This document shows, piece by piece, positions 38,112 through 50,644 of a stretch of 64,000 bases of DNA. A program made the position numbers and the translations under genes. The stretch is from Octopus sinensis (Eukaryota), in NCBI RefSeq assembly GCF_006345805.1, contig NC_043014.1:47182001-47246000 (forward strand), given 5' to 3'. The notes under the pieces are model-generated. The model made no database searches and was not told the origin of the DNA. It worked only from the letters and a program-made list of their open reading frames with translations. Each line of letters begins with the position of its first letter. The first letter of the stretch is position 1.

Positions 38112-38420
38112 TATAATAAATTAATAAATAAAACATATGCATATATACATACATACATATATGTATGTACCTACATCTACATGTATATATACACGCATAT
38201 ATGGGTACAGGACACCAAAAAAAACGTAAGACACAATGAGAAACGAAAACATAAACACCAAACCAAGGAATTGGACATTTTTCTTAAACAACAAAAAAAT
38301 GGAAAATTCCCCTTCTTCAGTCGCCATGGTTTCATCTACTCTGCGTTTCGAAGGTGAAGGTGATACACATCTTCGATAGAAACTTTCCTTCCCGCGAAAA
38401 GCAAATTAAATAAAATTTGA
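38112..38420. mobile_element. Unclassified dispersed repeat (possible PLE pLTR); second copy at 54362-54700
   Basis: Shared AAATAAAACATATGC..GGTACAGGACACCAAAAAAACG..AAAATTCCCCTTCTTCAG..TTTCGAAGG sequence. Confidence 0.55.
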
Positions 38421-38909
38421 GGTGTGTTTTGTGTGTGTGTGTGTGTATGTTTGTGTCTGTGTTTTTCCCCCCAACATCGCTTGACAACCAATGTTGATGT
38501 ATTTAAGTCCCCCTAACTTAGCGGTTCAGCAAATGTGACTGATAGAATAAGTACTGGTCTAACAAAGATTAAGTCCTGGGGTCGATTTACTCGACTAAAA
38601 GGCAGTGCTCCAGCTTGGCCACAGCCAAATAATTGAAACAAGTAAAAGAATAAAAGAATAGAACAAGAATCAAATACTCTTACTGGTGGCGGATATGAAA
38701 ACCATATCTCCAGGAGATACTGAAAAATGTATTGCAGAAGCAGAAAAAATATCAGTTCTATTCTTTGGTGGATAATTAACATTGTTATGGGAATGACAAT
38801 GAAATGTAATTATGCACTCATTAGTTTAGCGGGGAACATGATAATGTCATTCTAGATATGCTGGATTTGAATTATAGATGTGATGGTCACAGCTGAAATG
38901 TCTTCGACG

Positions 38910-39302
38910 TAGCTTGCTTACGAACTACATGGTTCCGGGTTCAGTCCCACTGTGTGGCACCTTGGGTAAGTGTCTTCTACTATAGCCTCGGGCCGACCAA
39001 AGCCTTGTGAGTGGATTTGGTAGACGGAAACTGAAAGAAGCCTGTCGTATATATGCATATATATATATATATGTGTGTGTATGTGCGTGTTTGCGTGTCT
39101 GTGTTTGTCCCCCTAGCATTGCTTGACAACCGATGCTGGTGTGTTTACGTCCCCGTAACTTAGGGGTTCGGCAAAAAAGAAACTGATAAAATAAGTACTT
39201 GGCTTACAAAGAATAAGTCCCGGGGTCGATTTGATCGACTAAAGGCGGTGCTCCAGCATGGCCACAGTCAAATGACTGAAACAAGTAAAAGGGTAAAAGA
39301 GT
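38910..39302 (+). mobile_element. SINE family B, 5'-truncated
   Basis: Consensus match. Confidence 0.85.
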
Positions 39303-39813
39303 AAGGTATCTGCTGGATTACAGCTGACTGACCTATGGTTCTTCAAACAGCATTGGTGTGATGTTAGTAAATCTGTCACAATATGTTCTGAAATATGAGT
39401 CAGTGAGGACTGGTTTGTTATATTGTGTTGGTTCAGCTTACAATAGTGTGTTGTCTGTTGCAGAATGTTGACCACTAGAATCTTAGTTAAGTGTCTTGAT
39501 TAGAAGCAGTGAAGTGGTAAAAGTGTTGACACTTGTAATGCTGGAGCCATTTGTGAGTGTCCTCTCCTGCTGGGAGACGCACAGACAACTTTAACACCAA
39601 ACGTTCAATTGCCTTCTGCAATTAGTAGAATGTTAGATTAGTGTGTGGGGTGACGGGCCGGGTAGTGTCATCAGATGTGGATGGGAAATAGAAATACATA
39701 ACCGCACACTCACTCACTATCTCAGGTTGAGTGTAATGTGGAGTCATAATGATGTGATGTGGTGATGTGTAGTCATGATGAGTAGTGGGTGACGGTGGTA
39801 TGTAGTCACAATT

Positions 39814-40086
39814 GAGCAAGGCACAAGTTTGGCTGTGTGGTAAGAAGCTTGCTAAAGGCGGCGAGCTGGCAGAATTGTTAGCACGCTGGACGAAATGCTT
39901 AGCGGTATTTCGTCTGTCGTTACGTTGTGAGTTCAAATTCCGCCGAGGTCGACTTTGCCTTTCATCCTTTCGGGGTCGATAAATTAAGTACCAGTTACGC
40001 ACTGGGGTCGATGTAATCGACTTAATACCTATGTCTGTCCTTGTCTGTCCCCTCTATGTTTAGCCCCTTGTGGGTAATAAAGAAAT
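39814..40086 (+). mobile_element. SINE A insertion carrying ~44 nt of extra 5' sequence
   Basis: 18-bp TSD TGGTATGTAGTCACAATT at 39796-39813 and 40087-40104; the extra 5' segment matches the 36655-36700 flank. Confidence 0.9.
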
Positions 40087-40514
40087 TGGTATGTAGTCAC
40101 AATTAGTTCCTACATAAGATTAAGAGAAATACAGGCGACTGAGGTACATGCAGTATTGGAAGATTGTGTGTGTGTGTCCACACACACACACACATATACA
40201 CCTTTCTTTATCTTGTTTCAGTCATTAGGCTGTGGCACTGCCTCGAAGAATTTTAAAGTCAAATGAATCAACCCTAGTACTTTTTAAAAAAAAAAAAGCT
40301 TGGTACTTATTCTATGCCTCTTGCTGAACTGCTAAGTTAAGGGGATATAAAAACACCAACACCAGTTCTCAAGTGGTGGTGGTGGTGGGGGGGGACAAAG
40401 ACATACATACACCCACATACATGATGGGCTTCTTTCAGTTTCTGTCTATCAAATCCACTCAAGGCTATAGTAGAAGACACTTGCCCAAGGTGTCATGCAA
40501 TGAGACTGAATTTA

Positions 40515-40962
40515 CAGGGTGATTCAAAAGTCACCATACATACATACATATATATATATATATAATATATATATATATAGACATACATACACAGAAGGTG
40601 ATTCAAAAGTCACCATACATAGGAACAATCTATCATTTTACAAGAAACAGTTTATAAGAACAGTTTTTGTATATTTATTTAACAGGCTTTCTATATGGTG
40701 ACCATTGTTTTGAATACACATTGCAATACATTTACCCCACTCATTGTGAACTCGTAATGGCACATCTGGTGACACATGTGCAAATTGAGTTGGTGATGCG
40801 TTCCTTCATATGATTTATGTCTTTTATCTTTCCGCGATACACCATGCCTTTCAAATAGAAATCAAAAGGGGTCAGATCAGGGAATCTAGGGGGATCTTAT
40901 AAACGGTTTCTTATAAAAAAAATTAAATTTTTCCTATGTATGGAGACTTTTGAATCACCCTG
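40515..40962 (-). mobile_element. Tc1/mariner deletion derivative inserted in an old SINE B
   Basis: TA-flanked TIRs CAGGGTGATTCAAAAGTC; internal minus frame PRFPDLTPFDFY resembles the WPPRSPDLTPLDF transposase motif; left TIR partly duplicated at ~40593. Confidence 0.85.
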
Positions 40963-41062
40963 TAGAACCACCCTGTGGGTGGGAAGCCAACTTCTTACCC
41001 CACAGCTATGCCTGTACCCGTTTATGTAACATTTTAAGGACATTGTCAGAAACACTCTCAAA

Positions 41063-41925
41063 TCCTTTACCATTCAGATTTCTCTGACAAATCTAATGCT
41101 TATTGAGTCACATAATTTTGAATTAATCACACATTATCTCATAGGTTTGAAATTTCGCTGATGTGATTGTTTATTTTTAGAATGTGATTGTAGGGTTGGT
41201 AGGTGTTGGAGGCCAAATCTGGCCAGTTTGAACATAAAGCAGGTAGAATATTTTGGCTGGATATAGCCAGTTTAACCCTTTCGTTACCAACCCGGCTGAA
41301 ACCGGCTCTGAGTACAAATGTCTTGTTTTCATAAGTTTTGCATTAAAATCTCCAGCAAACCTTAGTCACAATTTATGTTCCTAATACTAGCTGAATGATA
41401 ACTAAGTTATTTTACTAAATTCTTTGTTATATTTAACCCTTTTGTTACCAACCCGGCTGGGAACTGGCTCTGGCTCTGTAGTACAAATGTCTTGTTTTCA
41501 TAAGTTTTGCATTTAAATCTTCCACCAAACCTTAGTCACAATATATGTTCATAATACTTGCTGAATGATAACTAAGTTATTTTACTAAATTCTTTGTTAT
41601 ATTTAAAATAATTGAAAGAAACACAGAGCATTTCAACAGAAATACATTAACAAATGGGTTAAAATATATAATAGAGACACAATTCCTAACCCTTTTGAAA
41701 CCAACCCAGCTGAAACCACCTCTGGCTCTGTAGTACAAATGTTTTGTTTTCATAAGTTTTTTATTAAAATCTTCCACCAAACCTTAGTCACAATTTATGT
41801 TCCTAACACTAGCTTAATGATAACTAAGTTATTTTACTAAATTCTTTGTTATATTTAAAATAATTGAAAGAAACACAGAGCATCTCAAAATAAATACAGT
41901 AACAAAAGGGTTAAATGATAAAGGG
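41063..41925 (+). mobile_element. MITE P1 with a stack of P2 units inserted at its internal TTAA
   Basis: The empty site GCCAGT-TTAA-ATGCTAAAGGG at ~13175-13193 is split here as GCCAGT-TTAA[41276-41910]TTAA-ATGATAAAGGG. Confidence 0.85.
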
Positions 41926-42190
41926 TTAAGGCTTTTACTGTGGATGGTGAAGACTGGATGCAGATGACAGATAATCGATCAGTTTAGAAAGAAGTGATCT
42001 ACATTGGTTATAAAGCATTTGAAACGTAGAAAATCGAATGTTCCATCTTGAAACACAGACTTTGTAAACAGGTCTTGACTTCAATTTCAGACACCTTTGA
42101 ATATGTTTGTAACATCTGCAGTAAGGTCTGTTTGTCCAATGTTGGACTTTCCTGTCATACGAGATCTCACAATGGTATTTACTAATTTAA

Positions 42191-42580
42191 CCGTTCAGCA
42201 TTCAGATTACTTTGTCAAATGTAATATTTTTTCATTCAAATTGTTTTTTAATTAATCCTGTGTTGTTTTTGTAGCTTCAAAATTATGACGATGTGATTGT
42301 ATATTTTATAATAGCATTGAAGGGTAGGTGTGATAGGATGGATCTGACTGTTTTTAGAGCATGAGACAGGTAGCATATCTGGACCAGATATGGATGGATT
42401 CTACTTGTTTTATGCCCAAACTGGCCGGATCTGACCTCTCACCCCACCCTACAATGTCATTCAAAAAATATACAATCACATCATTGAAATCTTAAAATTA
42501 CAAGATGTTGCAAAGATTAATTCAAAACAATGGAAATAAAGAAGCATTACATTTAACAAAATAATCCGAATACTAAAGAG
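42191..42580. mobile_element. Two opposed partial copies of MITE P1
   Basis: Plus copy 42191-~42395 and minus copy ~42417-42580, each ending outward in TTAA. Confidence 0.65.
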
Positions 42581-42584
42581 TTAA

Positions 42585-43009
42585 GGCGTAGAAGTGGCTG
42601 TGTGGTAAGTAGCTTGTTTACAAACCACATGGTTCCAGGTTCAGTCCCACTGCGTGGCACCTTGGGCAAGTGTCTTCTACTATAGCCTCGGGCCGACCAA
42701 AGCCTTGCGAGTGGATTTGGTAGACGGAAACTGAAAGAAGCCCGTCGTATATATGTATATATATATGTGTGTGTGTGTGTGTGCATGCGTGTATATGTTT
42801 GTGTGTCTGTGTTTGTCCCTCCCCAACATCGCTTGACAATCGATGCTGCTGTGTTTACGTCCCCGTAACTTAGCGGTTCGGCAAAAGCGATCGATAGAAT
42901 AAGTACTAGGCTTACAAAGAATAAGTCCTGGGGTCGATTTGCTCGACTAAAGGCGGTGCTCCAGCATGGCTACAGTCAAATGACTGAAACAAGTAAAATA
43001 GTAAAATAG
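42585..43009 (+). mobile_element. SINE family B, full length
   Basis: Consensus match. Confidence 0.9.
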
Positions 43010-44024
43010 TTAAGAGATAGGTTTCTTCTGCAAAGAAGCAACAATTACCACACATCTATATAGATAGACATAGATATAATTATGTTACAGCACCTTAGCT
43101 TGCTTAATTAAAGGCTAGTTTTCTAGTTATAATGCAATCAGTGCTAAATAGGGTGTGGCTATCTTCGAAGTAATTAGTATTAAAACTAACCCCAGAAGCT
43201 AATGTTTAGTATTATTTTGTGTGTCTGTTTACTACATCTACCTCTGTCAGACACACCCTTCAAACGGGTCATATTACACAATAACTTCAGTAAAAAAATA
43301 TAAACCTTTTTAATCCACTTTAATCTATTTGTGTATATATGTGTGTTTGTGTGTGTAGTCTATACATGCAAGTATAATTACAATGTATGACATATGTGCT
43401 ATTTATACAAATGCTAGTCCACTAGAAATCTGTGTGTGTGTGCAGTGTATAGAAGGGTGTAGATAGTGTAGGGTGGTGGGGTGGACAGGTAGGGTAGAAT
43501 ATCTTGTGATGTTTGTTTTGGCTGTTTGCATTCTGTGTTCAAATCCCACTATGGCCTATTTATTAGGTAGACTTATTCTGTACCCTAGTTTAACACCACC
43601 CTCTTGCTCTTGAGTGTTCTTAGTAGAGTCTGCTCTGTATTCAGGCCAGATTTCTAGTTTGACAATAACTCCCTCCTTCAATTTCACTAGTTTTGCGAAT
43701 CTCTGCAAGGATCAGGTGTACTGCTCATCTTTCTTCTCTGAAAGAAAGAAAAGAATTTTTTCTGCCCGTCTGTGTGTCTGTCTCTCTTTCTCTCGCTCTC
43801 TATCTGTCTATCCCTCTATCTATCCATCTGTCTATCCGTCTGCCTGTCTATCTGTCTGCCTGTCTATCCATCTGCCTGTCCATCCATCTGTCTATCTATC
43901 TATCCATCTATCTATCTATCCAGCCGTCCATCTGTCCATCCATCTGTCCGTCCGTCCGTCCATCTGTCTATCCATCCATCTCTCTGTCTATCCATCTAGA
44001 TAGGATACTGTGTAGGACAGTAGA

Positions 44025-45300
44025 CAGAGATAGCATAGGGTGTCCACAATTCCACCTAGTCAGCTAGACGGATCACAAACTTGTGGTGTGTACGCTAGAC
44101 TTAGATAAGACACATAGGTAGGGTCCCAGGTACTGGAAACTAAATACGTCTTTCCCGTCGAGACAGGTTTTCAGAGACTGGGTTAGCACGCTAGTAAAGA
44201 GGGCTTTGACGGGAGCCATCAACAACAATTGGTGGTTTGCCCTCAAGAGAGCAATAAAAGCAGAAGCGATTAGGTATAGCAAAGCACTAGCCATAGATAG
44301 AAACAGAGTAGAGGGTGAGCTAGTTAAGAAGCTAGAAGAGGTGATTAGAAGTGGCATTGTATCTGACATTTTGGTGGCGAAGTTGACCCTTGACCAACAC
44401 TTCAACACCAAACACGAAGGGTGTGTTGTCAGAGCTAGTTGTCACGGTGGCGGAAGTGCAGGACGTGATGGCAGAATGCACGAGGGACAAAATGCCAGGT
44501 TTGGATGGTCTACCCTACGAGTTTTACAGTTATGTGTCAGACTCTTTGGAGACATCTTGGCAGCAATGTACTGCAACTGGCAGCAAAATGGTAGCATCCC
44601 CAGTTTTCTGAGCCAAGGAGACGTAATGCTGCTGAAGACAGATCCAAATAAGGGGCATGTAATAGATAACTTTAGGCCCATCGCTCTGCTCAATGCAGAC
44701 TTGAAAATTTTGGCCAAGGTGTTAGCCAAGATGTTGGCGCTTGTCATCGAGAAACTGGTTGACAAGGCGCAAACGTGCGATGTGCTGGGCCAGAGCATCT
44801 ATGACAACCTCCATGTGATGTGCTACATCATAGACAAGATAGTTAAGGAACCTGGCATGGGTGGGGCCCTGATCAGTTTGGATCAATCCAAAGCTTTCGA
44901 TAGGGTAGACCATCCGTACTTGGAGGCTGCCCTCATAGCGGCTGGTTTCGGTCCTGTCTTCTGCGGCTGGATAGCTGCTTTGTACAGAGGCATCCATTTG
45001 TGAAATTCGTGTAAATGAATATTTATCGAGACCTTTCGACATTACACATTCAGTCTTGTCGCTTTGGCGAAGCTGAGGGGCATCCCGCGAGAATTGGGAT
45101 GCGGGACGAGCATGTTTGCATACGCGGATGATGTCACCATCAGAGTGTCTAGCCAGAAGCACATCGAGACACTGAAAGACTACGAAGTGGTAACAGGAGC
45201 GAAAATCAACCGGAAAAAGTCAGTGGGCTTGCGGCTTGGCACCTGGAAAAGCAAACCCATGCTGTCCACCAGCGCCTCTGTCGTGGGATGCTGGAATGAC
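44025..45300 (+). mobile_element. Decayed Tx1/L1-clade LINE ORF2 fragment (endonuclease end plus RT)
   Basis: DHKLV, YWKLNTS, PGLDGLPYEFY, NFRPIALLNADLKILAKVLA, LDQSKAFDRVDH, FAYADDVT, GAKINRKKS motifs with frameshifts and deletions. Confidence 0.9.
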
Positions 45301-47084
45301 GGAGCCAGCTTGAGCATAATCTTATGAACCAAAAAAAAAAGGGGAAAAGAGAGTCACTTACTGTAATGAGTTTTTTTTTTGCCTGGCATTATTGCCCAAG
45401 GTTACCGTGGTCTATTCTGTAGGCTTTTCTTTCCATGGATAAGCCTAATCTGTTTCCCCTTTTTACATTATGACATTTCTGTGATACACGATCCCTATTG
45501 ATTGGCCTTTTTTTTTCTCTCCACGATCCCTTTTGATCGAAATTCTACCCCCCCTTTTTTTTCTTCCCCAAAAGAAAAGCTCTACTTTGTATTGTCCCCT
45601 CTGTGTTCAGCCCTGTGTGGCCAATAAAGAAACACATCTATCCATCTGCCTGTCTAGCTATCCATCCATCCATTCGTCTATCTATCCATCCGCCCGTCTA
45701 TCTATCCATCTGCTCATCTATCTATCTATCCATCCATCATCCATCCATCCATCCGTCTGTCTATCCATCCGTCCGTCTGTCTATCCATCCGTCCGTCTGT
45801 CTATCCATCTGTCCGTCTGTCTATCTATCCGTCCGTCCGGCTGTCTATCTATCTGTCCGGCTGTCTATCTATCCGTCCATCTTTCTATCTATCCGTTTGT
45901 CTGTCTGTCTCTATCCGTCTCTCTCTCTATCTATCCATCCATCTGTCTTTCTGTCTATCCCTCCATCTGTCTTTCTATCTATCTATCTATCTCTCTTGCT
46001 CTATTTCTTTCCTTTATGTATGTGTGCCTATATATATATATATAGGCACACACATATATATATATACACACACACACAATATTGATAATAATTTAAACTA
46101 TTTATAACTAGTGTCACATCAAGAAACTGTTCTAATCTGGTGTGTTTGAGTGTGTGTGTGTGTGTATGTATGTTATAGGTATGACATCCTACTGGGTCAA
46201 GAATCACATGGAGGGAGGGAGGGCGGTGGAATAATTACTGTTGAGAAGGCAACACCATCATCTTTTTTCAAGTATCACCATCAGCTATTTTTTCACCTTC
46301 CTCCTCCTCTTTTAGACTGACTGTCTGGCAGTACTGGCTTTTGGCATTGTTGATGTTGGTGGTAATGGTGGCGAGGAATTGCCCCTGATAAGCAGCAGCA
46401 GCAGCAGAGGCAGCAGCATCACCATTCTAGATTTTTAGGGCTCTTTAAACATTGGTGACACAGTGTTCTTGTGAAGTAACTCTTATTCTTCTTTTTATGG
46501 TATCTGTTACACCTTCACACACCCACACAGCTTTAGTGCTGGCTCTGAACAGACAGAGCATCTCCGCTCTCTCTCTCTGTACACACACACACACAAAAAC
46601 CGTTGGCAGAATATATATATATATATGCATGTGTGTATGTATATATATATATACACACACACTCTCAGACATTTACTTAAACCAAGATACATCATAGATT
46701 ATTACAATGATGACGGTTGTGATTCTTCATCTCCTACAACACCACGGACCATGGTCACTAAGAGCTGGACAGCTGAGATCATTACACCTTGTTTACTGAA
46801 GACAAGACACATTTGTGGAAACCAGGTGAGGTCTGGGAGACTGTCCTGTCTCTTACATACAAACACACACACTTATTTCTTCATGGTTTATGTATGTTTA
46901 TCTATATATGTGTGTATGTTTTGTTTGTTTGTGTGAGTGATATTTGTGTGTTTCTATAATATACAGTTCCAGATCAGTTTCAATCCAGCTGATCTATCAT
47001 GAAAGACTTTCCAGCTACGTGACCATCCTGTCTATTTAATGGCTATATAAGACCACATAGCATCCCACCCCACAATGGTTACTC

Positions 47085-47345
47085 TCTCTTTTACTTGTTT
47101 CAGTCATGTGACTGCGGCCATGCTGGAGCACCGCCTTTAGTCGATCAAATCGATCCCAGGACTTATTCTTTGTAAGCCTAGTATTTATTTCATCGGTCTC
47201 TTTTTTTTTTGCCGAACCGCTAAGTTACAGGGACGTAAACACACCAGCATCGGTTGTCAAGCGATGTTGGGGGGACAAACACAGACACACAAAACACGCA
47301 CATACATATATATATACACATATATACGACGGGCTTCTTTCAGTT
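47085..47345 (-). mobile_element. SINE family B, 3' part
   Basis: Consensus match. Confidence 0.8.
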
Positions 47346-47451
47346 AGTTACCTTTAGACATATAACATTATTTTGTTATGTAGATGAGCAATCTACAAAC
47401 TATAAGGTACCAGCCCATAGCCGTCACATTCTAAGGCTATTTGGTCTATGT

Positions 47452-47672
47452 AAGGCAGCGACCTGGCAGAACCGTTTAGCACGCCGGGCGAAATGCTTAG
47501 CGGTATTTTGTCTGCCGTTACATTCTGAATTCAAATTCCGCCGAGGTCAACTTTGCCTTTCATCCTTTCGGGGTCTATAAATTAAGTACCAGTTACGCAC
47601 TGGGGTCGATGTAATCGACTTAATCTGTTTGTTTGTCCTCTCTGTGTTTAGCCCCTTCTAGGTAGTAAAAAA
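47452..47672 (+). mobile_element. SINE family A
   Basis: Consensus match. Confidence 0.85.
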
Positions 47673-48144
47673 ATAGATTTTTGGTCTATGTTTACAGGTA
47701 GCAACATAGTTTGTGATAAGTGTTGTGTGTGTGTGTGTGTAAGAAAGATAAAGACTTTTTTTTATAAGGCTTGGAACAGTGTGAAATAAAATACTAACTA
47801 CAAAAGTGAAAACAGAGGAATTCTGTCCCTCATTTCTCCATGTGTCCCAAGGAAGGGGTCATAACCCTGAAATATGGAAATTCAAGGTAAAATCTGGACT
47901 GTTGTTCTGTTTTCACTTAATGCAGTTCACTTTGTATTTCTCTTTGCATTGTTTCAGCCGTACCAAAAGTGTTTTTTAATCTAATGTAATGTCACACAAT
48001 GAATGGTTCACCCTACTGTGTATGTATGTGTGTGTATGTATATATGTATGTATACACACACACGTACATATGCACAAAGACGAATAAACTTTACATGTAT
48101 GGGAGTACTTTGTAAATCTAACAGCATTTCTCTCTCTCTCTCTC

Positions 48145-48211
<67 letters not shown>

Positions 48212-48301
48212 TTTATTTAAAGCATATTACTCTACCACTGGTATTTGAGTACTCTTTTTTCCCCCTTGTTTCACATTTATGTGTTTACTCCGGTATATAT
48301 A

Positions 48302-48341
<40 letters not shown>

Positions 48342-48344
48342 TCT

Positions 48345-49345
48345 TTTACTGGTTTCAGCCAGAGGCTGAGGTCATGCTGGAGCACCAGGTTATTTATTTA
48401 ACTATTTATAAATATGTGTGTGTATGTATATCTTTTACTGGTTTCAGTCATTAGACTGCAGCAGTGCAGTGCCACCACTTTCAAAAATTTTCAGTTGAAT
48501 GTATTGATCCTATTACTTATTTTTATAAGCCTGGTACTTATTCTGTTGATCTCTTTTGCCAAACCACTAAGTTACAGGAACATAAACACACCAACACCAG
48601 TTGTCAAGTGGTGTGGGGGACAAACACAGACTGAAAGACACACACACACACACATATATTTATACGATGGGTGTCTCTCAGTTTCCATCTACCAAATTCA
48701 CTCACAAGGTTTTCGTTGGCCTGAGGCTATGGTAGAAAACTCTTGCCCAAGGTGCCACACACAGAGGGATTGAACACGGTACCATGTGATTGGGATGTTC
48801 CTTATCACACAGCCACACCTGCGCCTAATATATATTCTTGTGTAAGGCGGCAAGCTGGTAGAATTGTTAGCACGCCTCACCAAATGCTTAGCAGTATTTT
48901 GTGTTCCGTTATGTTCTGAGTTCAAATTCCGCTGAGGTCGACTTTGCATTTCATCCTTTCGGGGTTGATTAAATAAGTACCAGTTATGCACTGGGGTCAA
49001 TGTAATTGGCTTAATCCCTTTGTCCCCTCTATGTTTAGCCCCCTGTGAGCATAAAGAAATAAATATATATTCTTTTGTGTTTCAGCCTAAAATCTATGCC
49101 CATGCTGCATGTATATAATGAATGTCTAAATGTTTATATATATATATGTATATATATGTCCCCTCAGCATCGCTTGACAACCGATGATGTTGCATTTACG
49201 TCCCTGTAACCTAACAGTTCGGCAAAAGAGACTGATAGAATAAGTACTAGGCTTACAAAGAATAAGTCCTGGGGTTGATTTGCTCGACCAAAGGCGGTGC
49301 TCCAGCATGGCCACAGTCAAATGACTGAAACAAGTAAAACAGTAA
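48345..49345. mobile_element. Cluster: old SINE B (-), SINE A (+, ~48843-49060), SINE B 3' part (+)
   Basis: Consensus matches. Confidence 0.75.
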
Positions 49346-49827
49346 AGAGTAAACAGTATATATATATAATGTGTATGTGTGTGTGTGTGTGTGTATATAT
49401 TGATATAAACACACGCACACACACCACACACACGTACTTATGTTTGGCAGAAGAAACTGTGAAAACAGGACTTGAGTGCAAATACTGTTTTACTATTTTT
49501 AATTGGTAGAAAGTTACAAAGTGACTCGGGAGCCAAGAGTTTCATGCATGGCATTTACCAATCTTTGATTGGATGCTATGCACAAAACTCTCAGTTCTTT
49601 GGTAACTTTCTATTGATTGAAAATAATTTTAAAAAATCTGTGTATGTGTTACGTCATCTCAGATCAGTTTTAAGTGTAGTTGATTCCAATCCCCTAGCGT
49701 ATTACTGGTATGTATTGTATGGCAGGGATGAAGTATAAATTGGTTGGCACCACAATTCAGTATCTGGTCCCCACCCCTTTGGTTGTCAATTGTCTGCACT
49801 TTCTCTCATTTCTCTCTATCTTATATA

Positions 49828-49862
<35 letters not shown>

Positions 49863-49871
<9 letters not shown>

Positions 49872-50072
49872 ATCCAAACAAGAAATCACAAAAAAAAACA
49901 CCACATCGCGAGGACGTGGAACAAATATAGTATTATTGGACGCTAAGGAAAGAAGGAGGGTTTAATGTTTCAAGCGGAGCTCTTCGTCGGAAACATAGGA
50001 GAAGGAAAGATCCAGAGAAGGGAAGACAGAGGAAAAAAATTGCCAACGGTACACACGAGGTCACATTTTGAA
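49863..50072 (-). mobile_element. PLE-like pLTR fragment with hammerhead-like motif (49960-49994), between TA-rich tracts
   Basis: Minus GUUU-CCGACGA-A-GAGC(UCC)GCUU-GAAA-CA-UU-AAAC; near-identical to 10272-10470. Confidence 0.65.
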
Positions 50073-50073
50073 C

Positions 50074-50159
<86 letters not shown>

Positions 50160-50644
50160 GAGAGAGTCAGAGGCGGGGAGAACTCATATGAAAGAAAAAT
50201 AGGGTGTCTTTGTGAATGAAGTGATGGGAGCAGAGGAGGTTTTGTGAATGGGACATGCATGATGGAAGCTCTATATGTGTGTGTGTGTGTGTGTGTGTGT
50301 ATGTATATGTGATATTTATTTTGTATAATTCTATGTAGCACTATCTTGAAGATAATTATGTTTAGCTGTTGTTTTCATGTATATCTGCCTCCCTATCTCA
50401 ATCTCTGTTTAGGCAAGGGGGAGGGGATTAGAATGGTGTGGGTTTGTGTCTGTCAGGGAGAGGTGGGGGCAGTCTTTGATCTTGTTTTGCTTTCTTCATT
50501 TCTTAAGCAAACAACCTTTTCTATCTTGTACCTGTACAATATCATGCACACACACACACACACACACACGGATTTACTTATGTAAGAGGTCTACCTTTGT
50601 ATAGTATCTATGTGTGTGTGTGTATGTGTGTGTATAAACACATA

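Noticed and set aside
38290-38400. CTGAAGA and GAAA-CNCAGAG-TA motifs on the minus strand here and at 54580-54670, as a possible hammerhead
   Set aside because: Stem I and III-like parts exist but no stem II can form between core and GAAA in either copy, and the core is incomplete.
43560-43745. Strong minus-strand acceptor (TTCTTTTCTTTCTTTCAG) and a protein-like frame RFAKLVKLKEGVIVKLEIWPEY
   Set aside because: All three frames from the strong acceptor hit stops and I see no good donor; cannot support an exon.
44206-45003. 265-aa RT ORF as an active retroelement
   Set aside because: Frameshifts, internal deletions and missing ends; scored as a relic.
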